Part shown: piece after piece, positions 1-8,446 of the stretch | Position numbering within the stretch: the stretch's first letter is position 1 | Layout: each line of letters starts with the position of its first letter | From: Corynebacterium glutamicum ATCC 13032 | GTDB lineage: Bacteria > Actinomycetota > Actinomycetes > Mycobacteriales > Mycobacteriaceae | Direction: 5' to 3' | DNA: 32,000 bases | NCBI RefSeq assembly: GCF_000011325.1 | Contig: NC_003450.3 | Span: forward strand, 1,950,001-1,982,000 | Made by a program: the position numbers and the translations under genes | Notes under the pieces: generated by a model | Told to the model about the DNA's origin: nothing | Databases searched by the model: none | The model's input: only the letters and a program-made list of their open reading frames with translations

Positions 1-1450
1 CGGCATTAAGAGCCCACATTTTCATATCCACATAAAAGGCTGTAATAATTTCTTTGAGCTTTCCGCGCAATAGCGCCAGCTCAGAGGTCTTATCGCCCAA
101 TGCCTGCTCGGTCATAAACACGATTTTGTCCATGTGTGTGGAATACAGCGACAGCTCATCTTCTTGCTTACCAAACAGCTCGAACATGTTGAGATCTCCG
201 CTAGTCATATCCACATGAGCGGTCATGGATTCTAGCTTTGGTCCCATTTCATCGAGCTTGGCACCATTGAGCACCAGGTGCACTACGCGACGGTTATTCA
301 GTAGCGCTGCCTGAGAAATCTTCGACCCCCACATGTCAACGACACGGGGACGCTTAAGTAGTGGTGATGTATTAATCGAGCTATCTGCGCATACGACATG
401 TCCCGACCAGCGATCCACATCAAAAAGCACAGCGGAGTTGTTGACATCGCCACGCATGACACCGACGTATTCGCCAGCAACATCGTTAAGACCATTGGTG
501 ACCAAAGAATAAGAACCGGCAAACTCAGTCGAGGTGAAGTGGAATCCTTTACCTCGCTTTTTGCTATTTTTGCCAAAAATCTGTGACAGTTCTTGACGTT
601 GCTCACCGTGGTGTGCAGCAATATCCATTCGCGATAAGTGCTCGATAAAACTGCGTCGAATTTTCTCAACAGTCGAATCCAAGATCTCAAGGTTTGGTCC
701 ACGCAGCAGCAGACGGTTGTGCACAGTCAAATATGATGCACCATCATCAAGCTCGGCGATCACCTCATCAAGATCAAGTCCACGCTTAACAGTCTTGCGG
801 CGGTTGGACTTAGTGGAAGAATCAGCCAAGTCTGATTCTTCTGTCTTAGCTAGTCGGTCAGTATTTTTCAGATTGTCATCAATCCATGACTGCTTCATCC
901 GCTCCACTTGCTCAAAAAGCACAGCTGAGACACCCTCAGGCAGATTGCGTGGAATGCGGTTGACGCCCCAGAAAGCACCGAATTCATCCTTGGCATCCTC
1001 ATTGTGGAAAAACGACAAAATAGTGCCGATTTCATCATCCACCTCAAAATAATCCGAGTGGAAAACATAGTGCTCCCTCGGCTTAATCACCATGAGGTGA
1101 CCGTGATTTTCCATGGTGCCCAGCGCTGCCTGAGCGTCCTTTTTCTGCTGACGAGTCATCGTCTCGTCATCGAGCTCATCACTAATTTCTTCCACGTCAT
1201 GCGCATCGGTATCGGTGGCACGATCATCAAATTCACCAAAACCAAATGATCCACTCAGTGTGCGCGCGGTGCGCGCAGGTACAGGTGGGATCGGGTCTGA
1301 TTCGGAGGTGCGACCAATGATGCGAGCTCCTAACGAAGGTGCTGGGAGCGGTGCTTCTACAGCAGTGGTAGTGGTTTCTTCAGCCTCCGTAGTAAGTGAT
1401 GCAGCAGGTTCTTGTGCCCGTTTGTTCTTGAGCTTGTTAAAAAGTTTCAT
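1..1450 (-). CDS. Hypothetical protein, C-terminus beyond the window edge (483 codons visible); possibly conjugation-associated
   Basis: Absent from the ORF track because it has no stop in the window. My translation of the minus strand from ATG at 1450-1448 (MKLFNKLKNKRAQEPAASL...) stays open down to position 2; I re-checked 1-420 and 677-700 codon by codon. Plus-strand ORFs 717-1484 and minus ORF 298-702 are shadow or other-frame ORFs. The layout loosely recalls N-terminal halves of Gram-positive VirB4/TcpF-type proteins. No canonical Walker A is visible, only MWGSKIS. Confidence 0.6.
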   Translation of the reverse strand, partial: MKLFNKLKNKRAQEPAASLTTEAEETTTTAVEAPLPAPSLGARIIGRTSESDPIPPVPARTARTLSGSFGFGEFDDRATDTDAHDVEEISDELDDETMTRQQKKDAQAALGTMENHGHLMVIKPREHYVFHSDYFEVDDEIGTILSFFHNEDAKDEFGAFWGVNRIPRNLPEGVSAVLFEQVERMKQSWIDDNLKNTDRLAKTEESDLADSSTKSNRRKTVKRGLDLDEVIAELDDGASYLTVHNRLLLRGPNLEILDSTVEKIRRSFIEHLSRMDIAAHHGEQRQELSQIFGKNSKKRGKGFHFTSTEFAGSYSLVTNGLNDVAGEYVGVMRGDVNNSAVLFDVDRWSGHVVCADSSINTSPLLKRPRVVDMWGSKISQAALLNNRRVVHLVLNGAKLDEMGPKLESMTAHVDMTSGDLNMFELFGKQEDELSLYSTHMDKIVFMTEQALGDKTSELALLRGKLKEIITAFYVDMKMWALNA

Positions 1451-1507
1451 CTATCCCCAATTCAGTTTAAGAGAAATATATTAAAGAAACTTTAACACAA
1501 AGAAAGT

Positions 1508-1533
1508 AGCTATTAAATGTCATTTTAATAGCT
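1508..1533. promoter_or_regulatory. Perfect 10-bp inverted repeat, candidate operator upstream of the edge gene
   Basis: AGCTATTAAA (1508-1517), 6-bp spacer TGTCAT, TTTAATAGCT (1524-1533). It lies in the AT-rich gap 58-83 bp upstream of the ATG at 1450. Confidence 0.4.
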
Positions 1534-1565
1534 TATCTGCACCCCAGTTGCTTACCCACAGACAT

Positions 1566-1599
1566 GAAAAAACAGGCTGCTGGATCATCCAACAGCCTG
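1566..1599 (-). terminator. Rho-independent terminator after the 289-aa membrane-protein gene
   Basis: On the minus strand, CAGGCTG (complement of 1593-1599) pairs with CAGCCTG (complement of 1573-1579) across a 13-nt loop. A TTTTTTC run follows (complement of 1566-1572). Confidence 0.6.
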
Positions 1600-1615
1600 C
1601 ATCAAACTCCAGGTG

Positions 1616-2485
1616 CTACTTTTTCTTATGTCCGTAAATGCTGCGCAACAGGTCATTAACCTCAAAACCGTTGAGCTGGCGGCACTGTTTATACATCGCA
1701 CTTGAGTTTTCTACCTCAGAGAGCAAAATCTCTTGCGCAGTATGCAGTGCAGCGTCATTGGGTGAATGCAGCGTCAAATACTGGTGAATTGAGCTGAATT
1801 TTCCACCTACGTCATAACGCAAAATATCAAGCGATTCCTCCATGAGTTTGGTGAGCTCAGGGTGTCGATACACTAAGTTCTGATTTTTACGCTCGACGTT
1901 GGCGACCTGGCTAAATACGGCTTGAGATTCTTTCGTCGTGATGAAATTCCACTGCGTATCTGTTTCCACCTTTTGCCAAAAAGAATCTACGCGGTCAACG
2001 ATTTGGCCGCGATCACCAGAAAACAACAGTGCTGAGGCCGTGCCTACGACAGAGTAGAAATAACCGACGCTGCCGTCCAAATAACGCACATAGCCATCTT
2101 CATCAACACTTTTAATACCGACAAGCTGCATAAATGGGTATGGTGCGGTATCACGTCGTGTAGAAATTCTACGGTGTTGTTTCTGCAGATAGCCGAACAG
2201 AGCCGGCAGCTGCATAAACTTCATTTCCTTGGTCTTAGTCCACTGTCCGAAATACGCAGCAAAACCAATCACCCACAGCACGATAATGATTTTCAGCCAC
2301 ACCGGTGAGTGCTTGACCGGTGGTGTCATAATCACAGCTGCAGTGGAAATAAACACTACAAACCAAAACAGCAAGACTTTAACAGGGATAACACCAAGGC
2401 TAAACGACTTGGTAGTAATCGGAGTCTCATAATCCAGCACACTGCGTGCTAGAGACGGTGGAACTTTGTACTCTGCTTTTGCCAT
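1616..2485 (-). CDS. Membrane protein with two N-terminal TM helices plus a soluble domain; possible T4SS-associated component
   Basis: 289-aa ORF. GAAGGTG RBS upstream of the ATG. Hydrophobic helices VLLFWFVVFISTAAVIM and LKIIIVLWVIGFAAYF. It sits between a plasmid-type topoisomerase and the edge gene. The functional call is inference only. Confidence 0.7.
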   Translation of the reverse strand: MAKAEYKVPPSLARSVLDYETPITTKSFSLGVIPVKVLLFWFVVFISTAAVIMTPPVKHSPVWLKIIIVLWVIGFAAYFGQWTKTKEMKFMQLPALFGYLQKQHRRISTRRDTAPYPFMQLVGIKSVDEDGYVRYLDGSVGYFYSVVGTASALLFSGDRGQIVDRVDSFWQKVETDTQWNFITTKESQAVFSQVANVERKNQNLVYRHPELTKLMEESLDILRYDVGGKFSSIHQYLTLHSPNDAALHTAQEILLSEVENSSAMYKQCRQLNGFEVNDLLRSIYGHKKK

Positions 2486-2542
2486 CTCACACCTTCTTTC
2501 TTCAACAAATGGTTTGTTTCTTCTAGTGCACGTACTTGTGCG

Positions 2543-4822
2543 TTAATCGCGTGGTGCGAGCTGGAAGCCGACGAACGAATTACCGTTGTACTCGCCGCGC
2601 TGCAGCGATCCCCGAGCGGTGTACGGCTTCTTGGCCTTCGACATGGCATCAAAAGCAATCTCGCGGCCCTCAAGCAGATCGGCGATCTCCTTGTCGGTGA
2701 ACTTGTGACCACCCCATACGCGCTTGAAGCGAATCTTTTCACCCTCAACCTTCCACACACCCACCGCGTACACAGCTGGGTCTGCAGAGGCAATGCGATC
2801 AACCTGCCCCTTAAACCCAAAGAACTTAATGGTCTTGCCGTCTTTGTTAAAGCTTTGATGCGCCAGCTTGCCGGTGACTGTCGTGATCTGTCCACCAATC
2901 ATGGCATCGGTAATGGTGAGCTCCTCACCGCGCAGCAACGCCTCGCATTCTGCATCGCTAAATTCATGCCCGCAGTAGACCTTCTTAAAGCTCACCTGCT
3001 CACCGTTCCAGGTGCCGGAGTGCTTGACAGAAGGGGTAAAAGTAGTAGTCATGAGTTTCTTTCCTAGTTCTTGGGGGATGTTTTTTGCGTTACGGGTCAT
3101 GGTCGCAATATCTTCTTCGACCCACTGTTTAACTGGTTCCAGTGCCTGCTCTGCAGTCTTTTCACCAGCAGCAACCGCTGCCATATCGGCATAAACGCGC
3201 TCGGTAAGTTTGAGGTCGCCAATGTGGGTGCCAGGAAGCAGCAGATAATTCAGTTGCCCTGCGTCAGTCATAGTGACTTTGCCACGCGTTTCTTTGAGCA
3301 ATGCTGACTTGCCGGCTGTGACCTCGGCATAGGTGCTCGTTCGTGTCGCACCGGTACCGACATCATGCTTATCGAGCTGTTTCATCAACCACGTCATTGA
3401 CGGATGCGGTGGTCGCTGCGGAAAACCCTCAAACACTTCTGGCTCAGCACGAGTACCAATCCCCTGCTGTGCTGCATCACTGCCGGCAGCATCATCATCA
3501 GCCTCAGCGTCTACGTCGAAAATACCTTTCCAACCCAAGGACTTTGGCACATTTGCTGTACCGAGAAACGCTGGGTAATCCACGACGCGGCCTTTTTGGT
3601 GCTCATAGAGGTAATCCTCTGCCAGCATCGTGAGATAGCTCTTAGCGAGCACTTCATAAATGCGCTGTCCGAGCACACCGTAGGTGGTTTTCACCGCTGC
3701 AATACTGGTCGGCACATTCAAACCCGGACGGTTGGCGCCGTGTGCACCCTTGGGCTTAACATGCGTGGACCGTGGCTGTCGGTGCGTAAGGTCAGCCGGG
3801 TTCACACCAACCAGGCCGGCGATCTTATCGACCAACGGCGCTAGTTCCTTAAACTGCTCAGGGGTAATCGTCTTATCCTCGGTACGCGGATAAGACACGA
3901 CCTGCGCCTCGTACATCTGCTGATAAGTCTTAAGCACGTTCTTTGCGCTAAAGCCCTCTTTAGACAGCAGGGCCGACAGGCTCGCCAGGTCAAGTAGACG
4001 TGGTGGCGCGGTCTTTTTCATGCTCTTCTCATAGCATTCGACCGCACTAGCCTTATAAAGCTGTGGTACCTCGTCGCAAGTCTTATAACGCGGTTCCTCG
4101 GGGTTGACGTAACTTACACCGTGATCATCAATGAAGCGGTTTTGATAAAAAGGAATCTTTTTATAATCGTTGTACGCATCTAAGCCCTGCCCCACAATCG
4201 CAACCATGGCAGATTTCAGGCGACCATTGCGCAACACTGCACGCCGACCAGTGGTCTCTAGCACTTTGGTGGCACCGCGAGTCCACTGCATCGACAGCAA
4301 ATCAAAGCGTGATCGGAATTCCGCCTTAAGATAATTGGGCTCGTCATGCATGGAGGTCACATCGCGGCGGTTGATAAACGCCTGCTGAATCGAGGCCGGC
4401 GCCTCATCAACAAATTCCATACGCTGAATCTTCTTGGTGTCTAACCCCAGCTCAGCGATAATCTCCCACGCCAACAGATCACCTTCGCCCGTGGGATCAA
4501 TATCTGATCCGATCACAATGGTGGTGCAGCTGCTCAAGGTTTTCTTAATGCGTGCAATCGTGTTAGCTGCACCGTGCTTTTGCTCGCGTGACCACAAAAA
4601 CTGCGTCTCATCCCACGGCAGCTTAGCCAGATCCCAGTAGCCGCCGATCTTATCGGCATAGCTTGGTGGCACCATCTCTTCTGGCTCGACAAATTCATAA
4701 AGGTGCCCGCTGGCTGCAGCAATAACGTACTTCTCGCCGTTATAAGTGCCAGAGGGTCCACCGAGGGCTTTCGCAAAGTTTTTCGCAGCCGAAGCTTTCT
4801 CCGTCAAAATTCCAATTGTCAA
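2543..4822 (-). CDS. Type IA DNA topoisomerase (Topo III-like, plasmid/conjugative type) with two C-terminal repeats
   Basis: 759 aa with a TTG start preceded by a GAAAGG RBS. N-terminal Toprim region (MTIGILTEKASAAKNFAKALGG, acidic cluster DIDPTGEGD). Active-site tyrosine context VVSYPRTEDK. The last ~160 aa form two clearly homologous ~75-aa units (GTWNGEQVSFKKVYCGHEFSDAECEALLRGEE vs GVWKVEGEKIRFKRVWGGHKFTDKEIADLLEGRE), like the topoisomerase C-terminal repeat family. Confidence 0.9.
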   Translation of the reverse strand: MTIGILTEKASAAKNFAKALGGPSGTYNGEKYVIAAASGHLYEFVEPEEMVPPSYADKIGGYWDLAKLPWDETQFLWSREQKHGAANTIARIKKTLSSCTTIVIGSDIDPTGEGDLLAWEIIAELGLDTKKIQRMEFVDEAPASIQQAFINRRDVTSMHDEPNYLKAEFRSRFDLLSMQWTRGATKVLETTGRRAVLRNGRLKSAMVAIVGQGLDAYNDYKKIPFYQNRFIDDHGVSYVNPEEPRYKTCDEVPQLYKASAVECYEKSMKKTAPPRLLDLASLSALLSKEGFSAKNVLKTYQQMYEAQVVSYPRTEDKTITPEQFKELAPLVDKIAGLVGVNPADLTHRQPRSTHVKPKGAHGANRPGLNVPTSIAAVKTTYGVLGQRIYEVLAKSYLTMLAEDYLYEHQKGRVVDYPAFLGTANVPKSLGWKGIFDVDAEADDDAAGSDAAQQGIGTRAEPEVFEGFPQRPPHPSMTWLMKQLDKHDVGTGATRTSTYAEVTAGKSALLKETRGKVTMTDAGQLNYLLLPGTHIGDLKLTERVYADMAAVAAGEKTAEQALEPVKQWVEEDIATMTRNAKNIPQELGKKLMTTTFTPSVKHSGTWNGEQVSFKKVYCGHEFSDAECEALLRGEELTITDAMIGGQITTVTGKLAHQSFNKDGKTIKFFGFKGQVDRIASADPAVYAVGVWKVEGEKIRFKRVWGGHKFTDKEIADLLEGREIAFDAMSKAKKPYTARGSLQRGEYNGNSFVGFQLAPRD

Positions 4823-5099
4823 AGTATTAACCTTTCTTACTTTTTTAATACTTTAACACGGTCAAGAAACTAATTGAATTAGTTATTTGAGTTATTCAAC
4901 CGACCCAGCAATGCGGGTCGCACAGCCAACTCACCACATGAGTCACCACGACCGAAGATTCTGCTGTCGCAGAACGGACTTATTTATAGGATTTACACAT
5001 AACTAGCACCTCTGCCAGTGCCCACAGGGTGAAACCTCACTCCCACACAGTGAGATAAACACTGAAAAACTGAACAAACGTGAATTTAATTCGAGCGTA

Positions 5100-5680
5100 A
5101 AGTTACGTATCGTTACACTCCGCTACACAGCGTTACAGCACCAAAGATGCACGTCAAAGAGCCTTTTATTATATTAAAGTGAATTATTAAAATAATATAA
5201 GCGTTACATCAAAGTTACATAAAAAACACGTTGTGACCTGCATGAATGCAAAAGTGTAACGTTGTAACGATACTTTGCATGTTTTACGTATACGCGAGGG
5301 GTCGTAATAATCCTTTATGGCCTTTACCTATCATCACGACTGTGCAGAGCCGTAGCGTTCACATGCTCGCTGATATGGCTGCAGGTAGTAAAACGACATA
5401 GCATCACGCTCATATGTGCCTTTAGGTACTTATGTGTCCTATTTCACGTTTATGAGTTTTTACTTTTACTCTTCCGTCTATATTAAAGTTGCAAAAGTAT
5501 CGTTACAACGTTACAAACCACAACATTAAGTTTATAGTTGCTGGTTAAACGGTACTTTTGGGTGTAACTTTAGCTTTTTCGTATCGTTACACCGTAGCGC
5601 TACAAAACTACCGTTACAGCAGCTCAGAGCATGTTTTTGGGGTGTAACGATACGTAACGTTTGTAACGTTACGTTCATAA
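5100..5680. repeat. Iteron / inverted-repeat array built on GTTACA
   Basis: 13 exact GTTACA/TGTAAC hexamers. CGTATCGTTACAC at 5106-5118 and 5580-5592, inverted at 5642-5654. TGTAACGTTGTAACGATAC at 5255-5273 is perfectly inverted at 5497-5515. A very AT-rich stretch spans about 5160-5230. No ORF of 60 aa or more lies in 4823-5851. Confidence 0.75.
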
Positions 5681-6199
5681 TTAAATTCATATATGTGACT
5701 GTTATGCGTACTTCCGTTCTATTTCAATAGCCAAGTAGTTACTGTGTTGATAATTAAAAACTTATGGGAATTTTTAGTTTCTGCACAGCGTCACTTTTTC
5801 CGGTATGTTGGAAATCGTTGAAACTGTAGTCATACCGCTGTTATGAGAATGTCAAGAGTGCAATAACGGCCCCAGGGCATACACCAACCACTCCCCTACA
5901 TCGTGCACAGCAGTATATTCTTGTGCGCTCAGAGGCAGCCTGCGACGCTTTTTTATGCCTCTGTGCTTGTTTAAGCGCCTCAACAATTGTGCACGAACAC
6001 AAACCAGCACAGCACCACTCAAGCCGTTAAACAAGCGCGAAAATGCAGCAACACCCTCTTTATTTAGGCATGCAAAAAGCAGCTCGCTCCGGGGTACGAA
6101 CACCCTCGAAACAAGCTGCTTTAATTCTTAGCGCTAATTACTCAGCGCCACCATCACGGCAGTGGCAACGACCACCACTACCCCACACATCAACACCAT

Positions 6200-8287
6200 T
6201 TAGCGCGCACCTCCACCAGTGCTCGGCAGATCAAAGTTACCGACCCGGTAATCCTGCTTGGAGACACACAACACCACAGCATTAAGAAAACGCTTCGGGT
6301 CAGGAACACGCACCTGCCACGCCTCATCTGTCCGGGTGTTCCACAAAATACCGTCCTTCATCCCAGACATGACCAAATACATTGCGAGCTGCAAAAACAT
6401 CGGATGTGTCAACTCAGAGACGAATTTCAATTCATAAAGCACACCCTTGTGCACCGCATCTGCGACACCTGCAAAAGACATTGGCGTGCGCACTACTTTG
6501 CTCTGTACTGCCTCGCCGTCAAGGATCAGTGGAATCTGATTACGTGAATCAGCATTCAGCCTCGTACTCAGCCGTGAGACCAATGCCTTCTCCGCAGCAA
6601 CCGGGATAGAGCTGCGCACCTGATCGACATACCGCATCTGCTCTGTGGACGCTGCTGTGACAATAAGGCAGTTACGCCATACGCTATTGTTTTTCTTCAC
6701 CAAACGTTTAAGATTTTTCGCGAACTGACTCGGGTACGCCGATAGTGCTGTATGAACGTTGTAGTCCTTGAAGAACACTGCTTCCTGAAAGTTTCCCACT
6801 GTGGGTGAGAGATCAATAAGCCCGTCACTGCGATTGACCTCAATGGCTGCACCCTTGCCGTTGTCGAGACGCTTGACATCAAGCAGGTCAAAACATGCTT
6901 CGACATTCTCTGCGTACTTAAAATCAAAGGCTTCAGTCACAGAGATCGGTCGCGCATATTCGCTCGGCGCCAACTCAGGTAGTTCTTTAAACACTGAAAC
7001 AGGGATAAAACCCATCATGCGCTCAATCTGTGACTGAACCTCACCCACATCACCCTTACTTTCTTCTGCCGGCGTATGGGCATCTACCTCAGGTGCAACC
7101 TCAGTATTGTTGTCCACCACACCCACAGCGAGCCCTGCAGCCCAGTCCGCACCAGCCTCATACGCTGCTTGAAGAGAATCGCTACGTACAAAAACAACCT
7201 TGTTTTTACCGCGTGATGCTGCCACCAAAAACACATTGCGCATGACCACTGGATCAACATTGGGGTAACCAAGACGCATGTCCCAGAATTCTTCGTCATA
7301 GTCAAAGACCACGCAGGTATCGCGCTCTAGACCTTTACTGGAATCAAAGGTGGTAAACACCGCAGCGTCATTAGGGTGTGCAATCTGGGAATCACCATCG
7401 CGAATAGAGGCGAACACAGTTTTCTTATTGAACTTTGCCGGCGACTTCCTCTCCACGACATTAAGCGCATCTGACATCTGCCCATTGCGGCTACCCAAAC
7501 ACAACAGTTTGCTCGGCTCGGTGCTTTGGATCAACACCACTGCCTCAGCGAAAGACCTATATTCAATCTGCTGTGCGGTATTGGCACCCACAATCGGTTT
7601 ATTCCAGGCATCAGCCAAACCCGCTGCCATAGCCTCGCCAATTCGAAACGACTGTGTAAACGGCGCGAAGACTGGATCTTCACACAATTGTGCTGCAAAT
7701 TCTTGTGGATCTAACGTGGTGTCAGACCGGACTTTTTGTTCCAAATCACCCACCATGACAATCTGCATAAGCGGATTCACAGACTTAATGTTGCGCAGCA
7801 GTTCTGCATAGTCCTCATTGATGTCCTGGTACTCATCAATAACCAGCAGGTCGTAACTGGGGAACGTGCGAGAAATGTGTTTGAAGTTCTTGTTAAACTC
7901 CCGAATCGACTCGCTAATACCACACTTGATGCCGGCCTTGAGTAGATGCGGATAGACAATGCCGTGATAGTTCTGCACCTTGGCGCCACGAACGCGCTGC
8001 TGTGCATCGACCTTCAACAACTTCGAATACGTCAAATACAGCACGTCATGGTCTGCACCCATGATCGAACACAGTCGTTGAATAGCGGTAGTTTTGCCCG
8101 AGCCTACGGTGGCATCAACAATGACATCTTTGCCAGCAAGTACATAATCAATCATGGCTTGCTGTTCGCTACTGAGTTGAACTTCTCCAGCACGTGGTCC
8201 CAGCTGTGGCTGCGGTGCCACCTGCGTGCTGGTGTTGTACGCAGCGAGCATTGCTGCTGGATTACCCAACGACATCATATTTATCAT
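6200..8287 (-). CDS. UvrD/Rep-like SF1 helicase fused to a C-terminal PD-(D/E)xK (RecB/Cas4-like) nuclease domain
   Basis: 695 aa with a GGAGAAAG RBS. Walker A ATVGSGKTT, Walker B LLVIDEYQDI, later helicase motifs TTFDSSKGLERDTCVVFD and LVAASRGKNKVVFV. The C-terminal region has AGVADAVHKGVLYELKF (D...ExK) followed by FLQLAMY (QxxxY). Confidence 0.85.
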   Translation of the reverse strand: MINMMSLGNPAAMLAAYNTSTQVAPQPQLGPRAGEVQLSSEQQAMIDYVLAGKDVIVDATVGSGKTTAIQRLCSIMGADHDVLYLTYSKLLKVDAQQRVRGAKVQNYHGIVYPHLLKAGIKCGISESIREFNKNFKHISRTFPSYDLLVIDEYQDINEDYAELLRNIKSVNPLMQIVMVGDLEQKVRSDTTLDPQEFAAQLCEDPVFAPFTQSFRIGEAMAAGLADAWNKPIVGANTAQQIEYRSFAEAVVLIQSTEPSKLLCLGSRNGQMSDALNVVERKSPAKFNKKTVFASIRDGDSQIAHPNDAAVFTTFDSSKGLERDTCVVFDYDEEFWDMRLGYPNVDPVVMRNVFLVAASRGKNKVVFVRSDSLQAAYEAGADWAAGLAVGVVDNNTEVAPEVDAHTPAEESKGDVGEVQSQIERMMGFIPVSVFKELPELAPSEYARPISVTEAFDFKYAENVEACFDLLDVKRLDNGKGAAIEVNRSDGLIDLSPTVGNFQEAVFFKDYNVHTALSAYPSQFAKNLKRLVKKNNSVWRNCLIVTAASTEQMRYVDQVRSSIPVAAEKALVSRLSTRLNADSRNQIPLILDGEAVQSKVVRTPMSFAGVADAVHKGVLYELKFVSELTHPMFLQLAMYLVMSGMKDGILWNTRTDEAWQVRVPDPKRFLNAVVLCVSKQDYRVGNFDLPSTGGGAR

Positions 8288-8370
8288 AAACTTTCTCCGT
8301 AAGTTAATAAAATATTAATTAGAGAAAATTCTAACAATTATATTACAATTACCCCACACACTTAGACACA

Positions 8371-8413
8371 GCAAAACCCTTCCCGGAAGAAAACTTCCCG
8401 AGAAGGGTTTTGC
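8371..8413 (-). terminator. Hairpin after the pentapeptide-repeat gene (no clean U-tract)
   Basis: GCAAAACCCTTC (8371-8382) pairs with GAAGGGTTTTGC (8402-8413), 12 bp. It lies 34 bp downstream of the stop at 8447. The T/A runs are inside the stem rather than after it. Confidence 0.45.
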
Positions 8414-8446
8414 ACTCAACCAATCTGCGAAAGACCAGTGGCTTTA

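Noticed and set aside
298-1484. Track ORFs 298-702(-), 398-586(+), 717-1052(+), 1004-1249(+), 1215-1484(+)
   Set aside because: All lie inside or opposite the long open minus-strand frame running from 1450 to the window edge. They lack RBSs and have low-complexity Ser/Arg-rich translations typical of shadow ORFs.
2449-4776. Many 60-150-aa ORFs overlapping the topoisomerase gene on both strands (for example 2449-2898, 2705-3067, 3404-3844, 4534-4776)
   Set aside because: They are nested in a 759-aa gene with unambiguous Topo IA motifs. Their translations are Arg/Ser/Cys-rich with no RBS, so I treat them as off-frame artefacts.
5248-5515. The 19-bp perfect inverted repeats bracketing about 220 bp as termini of a MITE-like element
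   Set aside because: The repeat is built from the same GTTACA/CGATAC modules that occur many more times outside the bracket in both orientations. I see no target-site duplication. A protein-binding iteron array is the simpler explanation.
5852-6103. 83-aa minus-strand ORF downstream of the helicase-nuclease
   Set aside because: The GTG start has GAGG immediately abutting it with no spacer. The translation is Arg/Leu-rich and low-complexity. No supporting signal, so I treat it as non-coding.
6382-8302. Plus- and minus-strand ORFs inside the helicase-nuclease gene (for example 7350-7811, 7946-8302, 6697-6927)
   Set aside because: Shadow ORFs of a gene with a full set of SF1 helicase and nuclease motifs.
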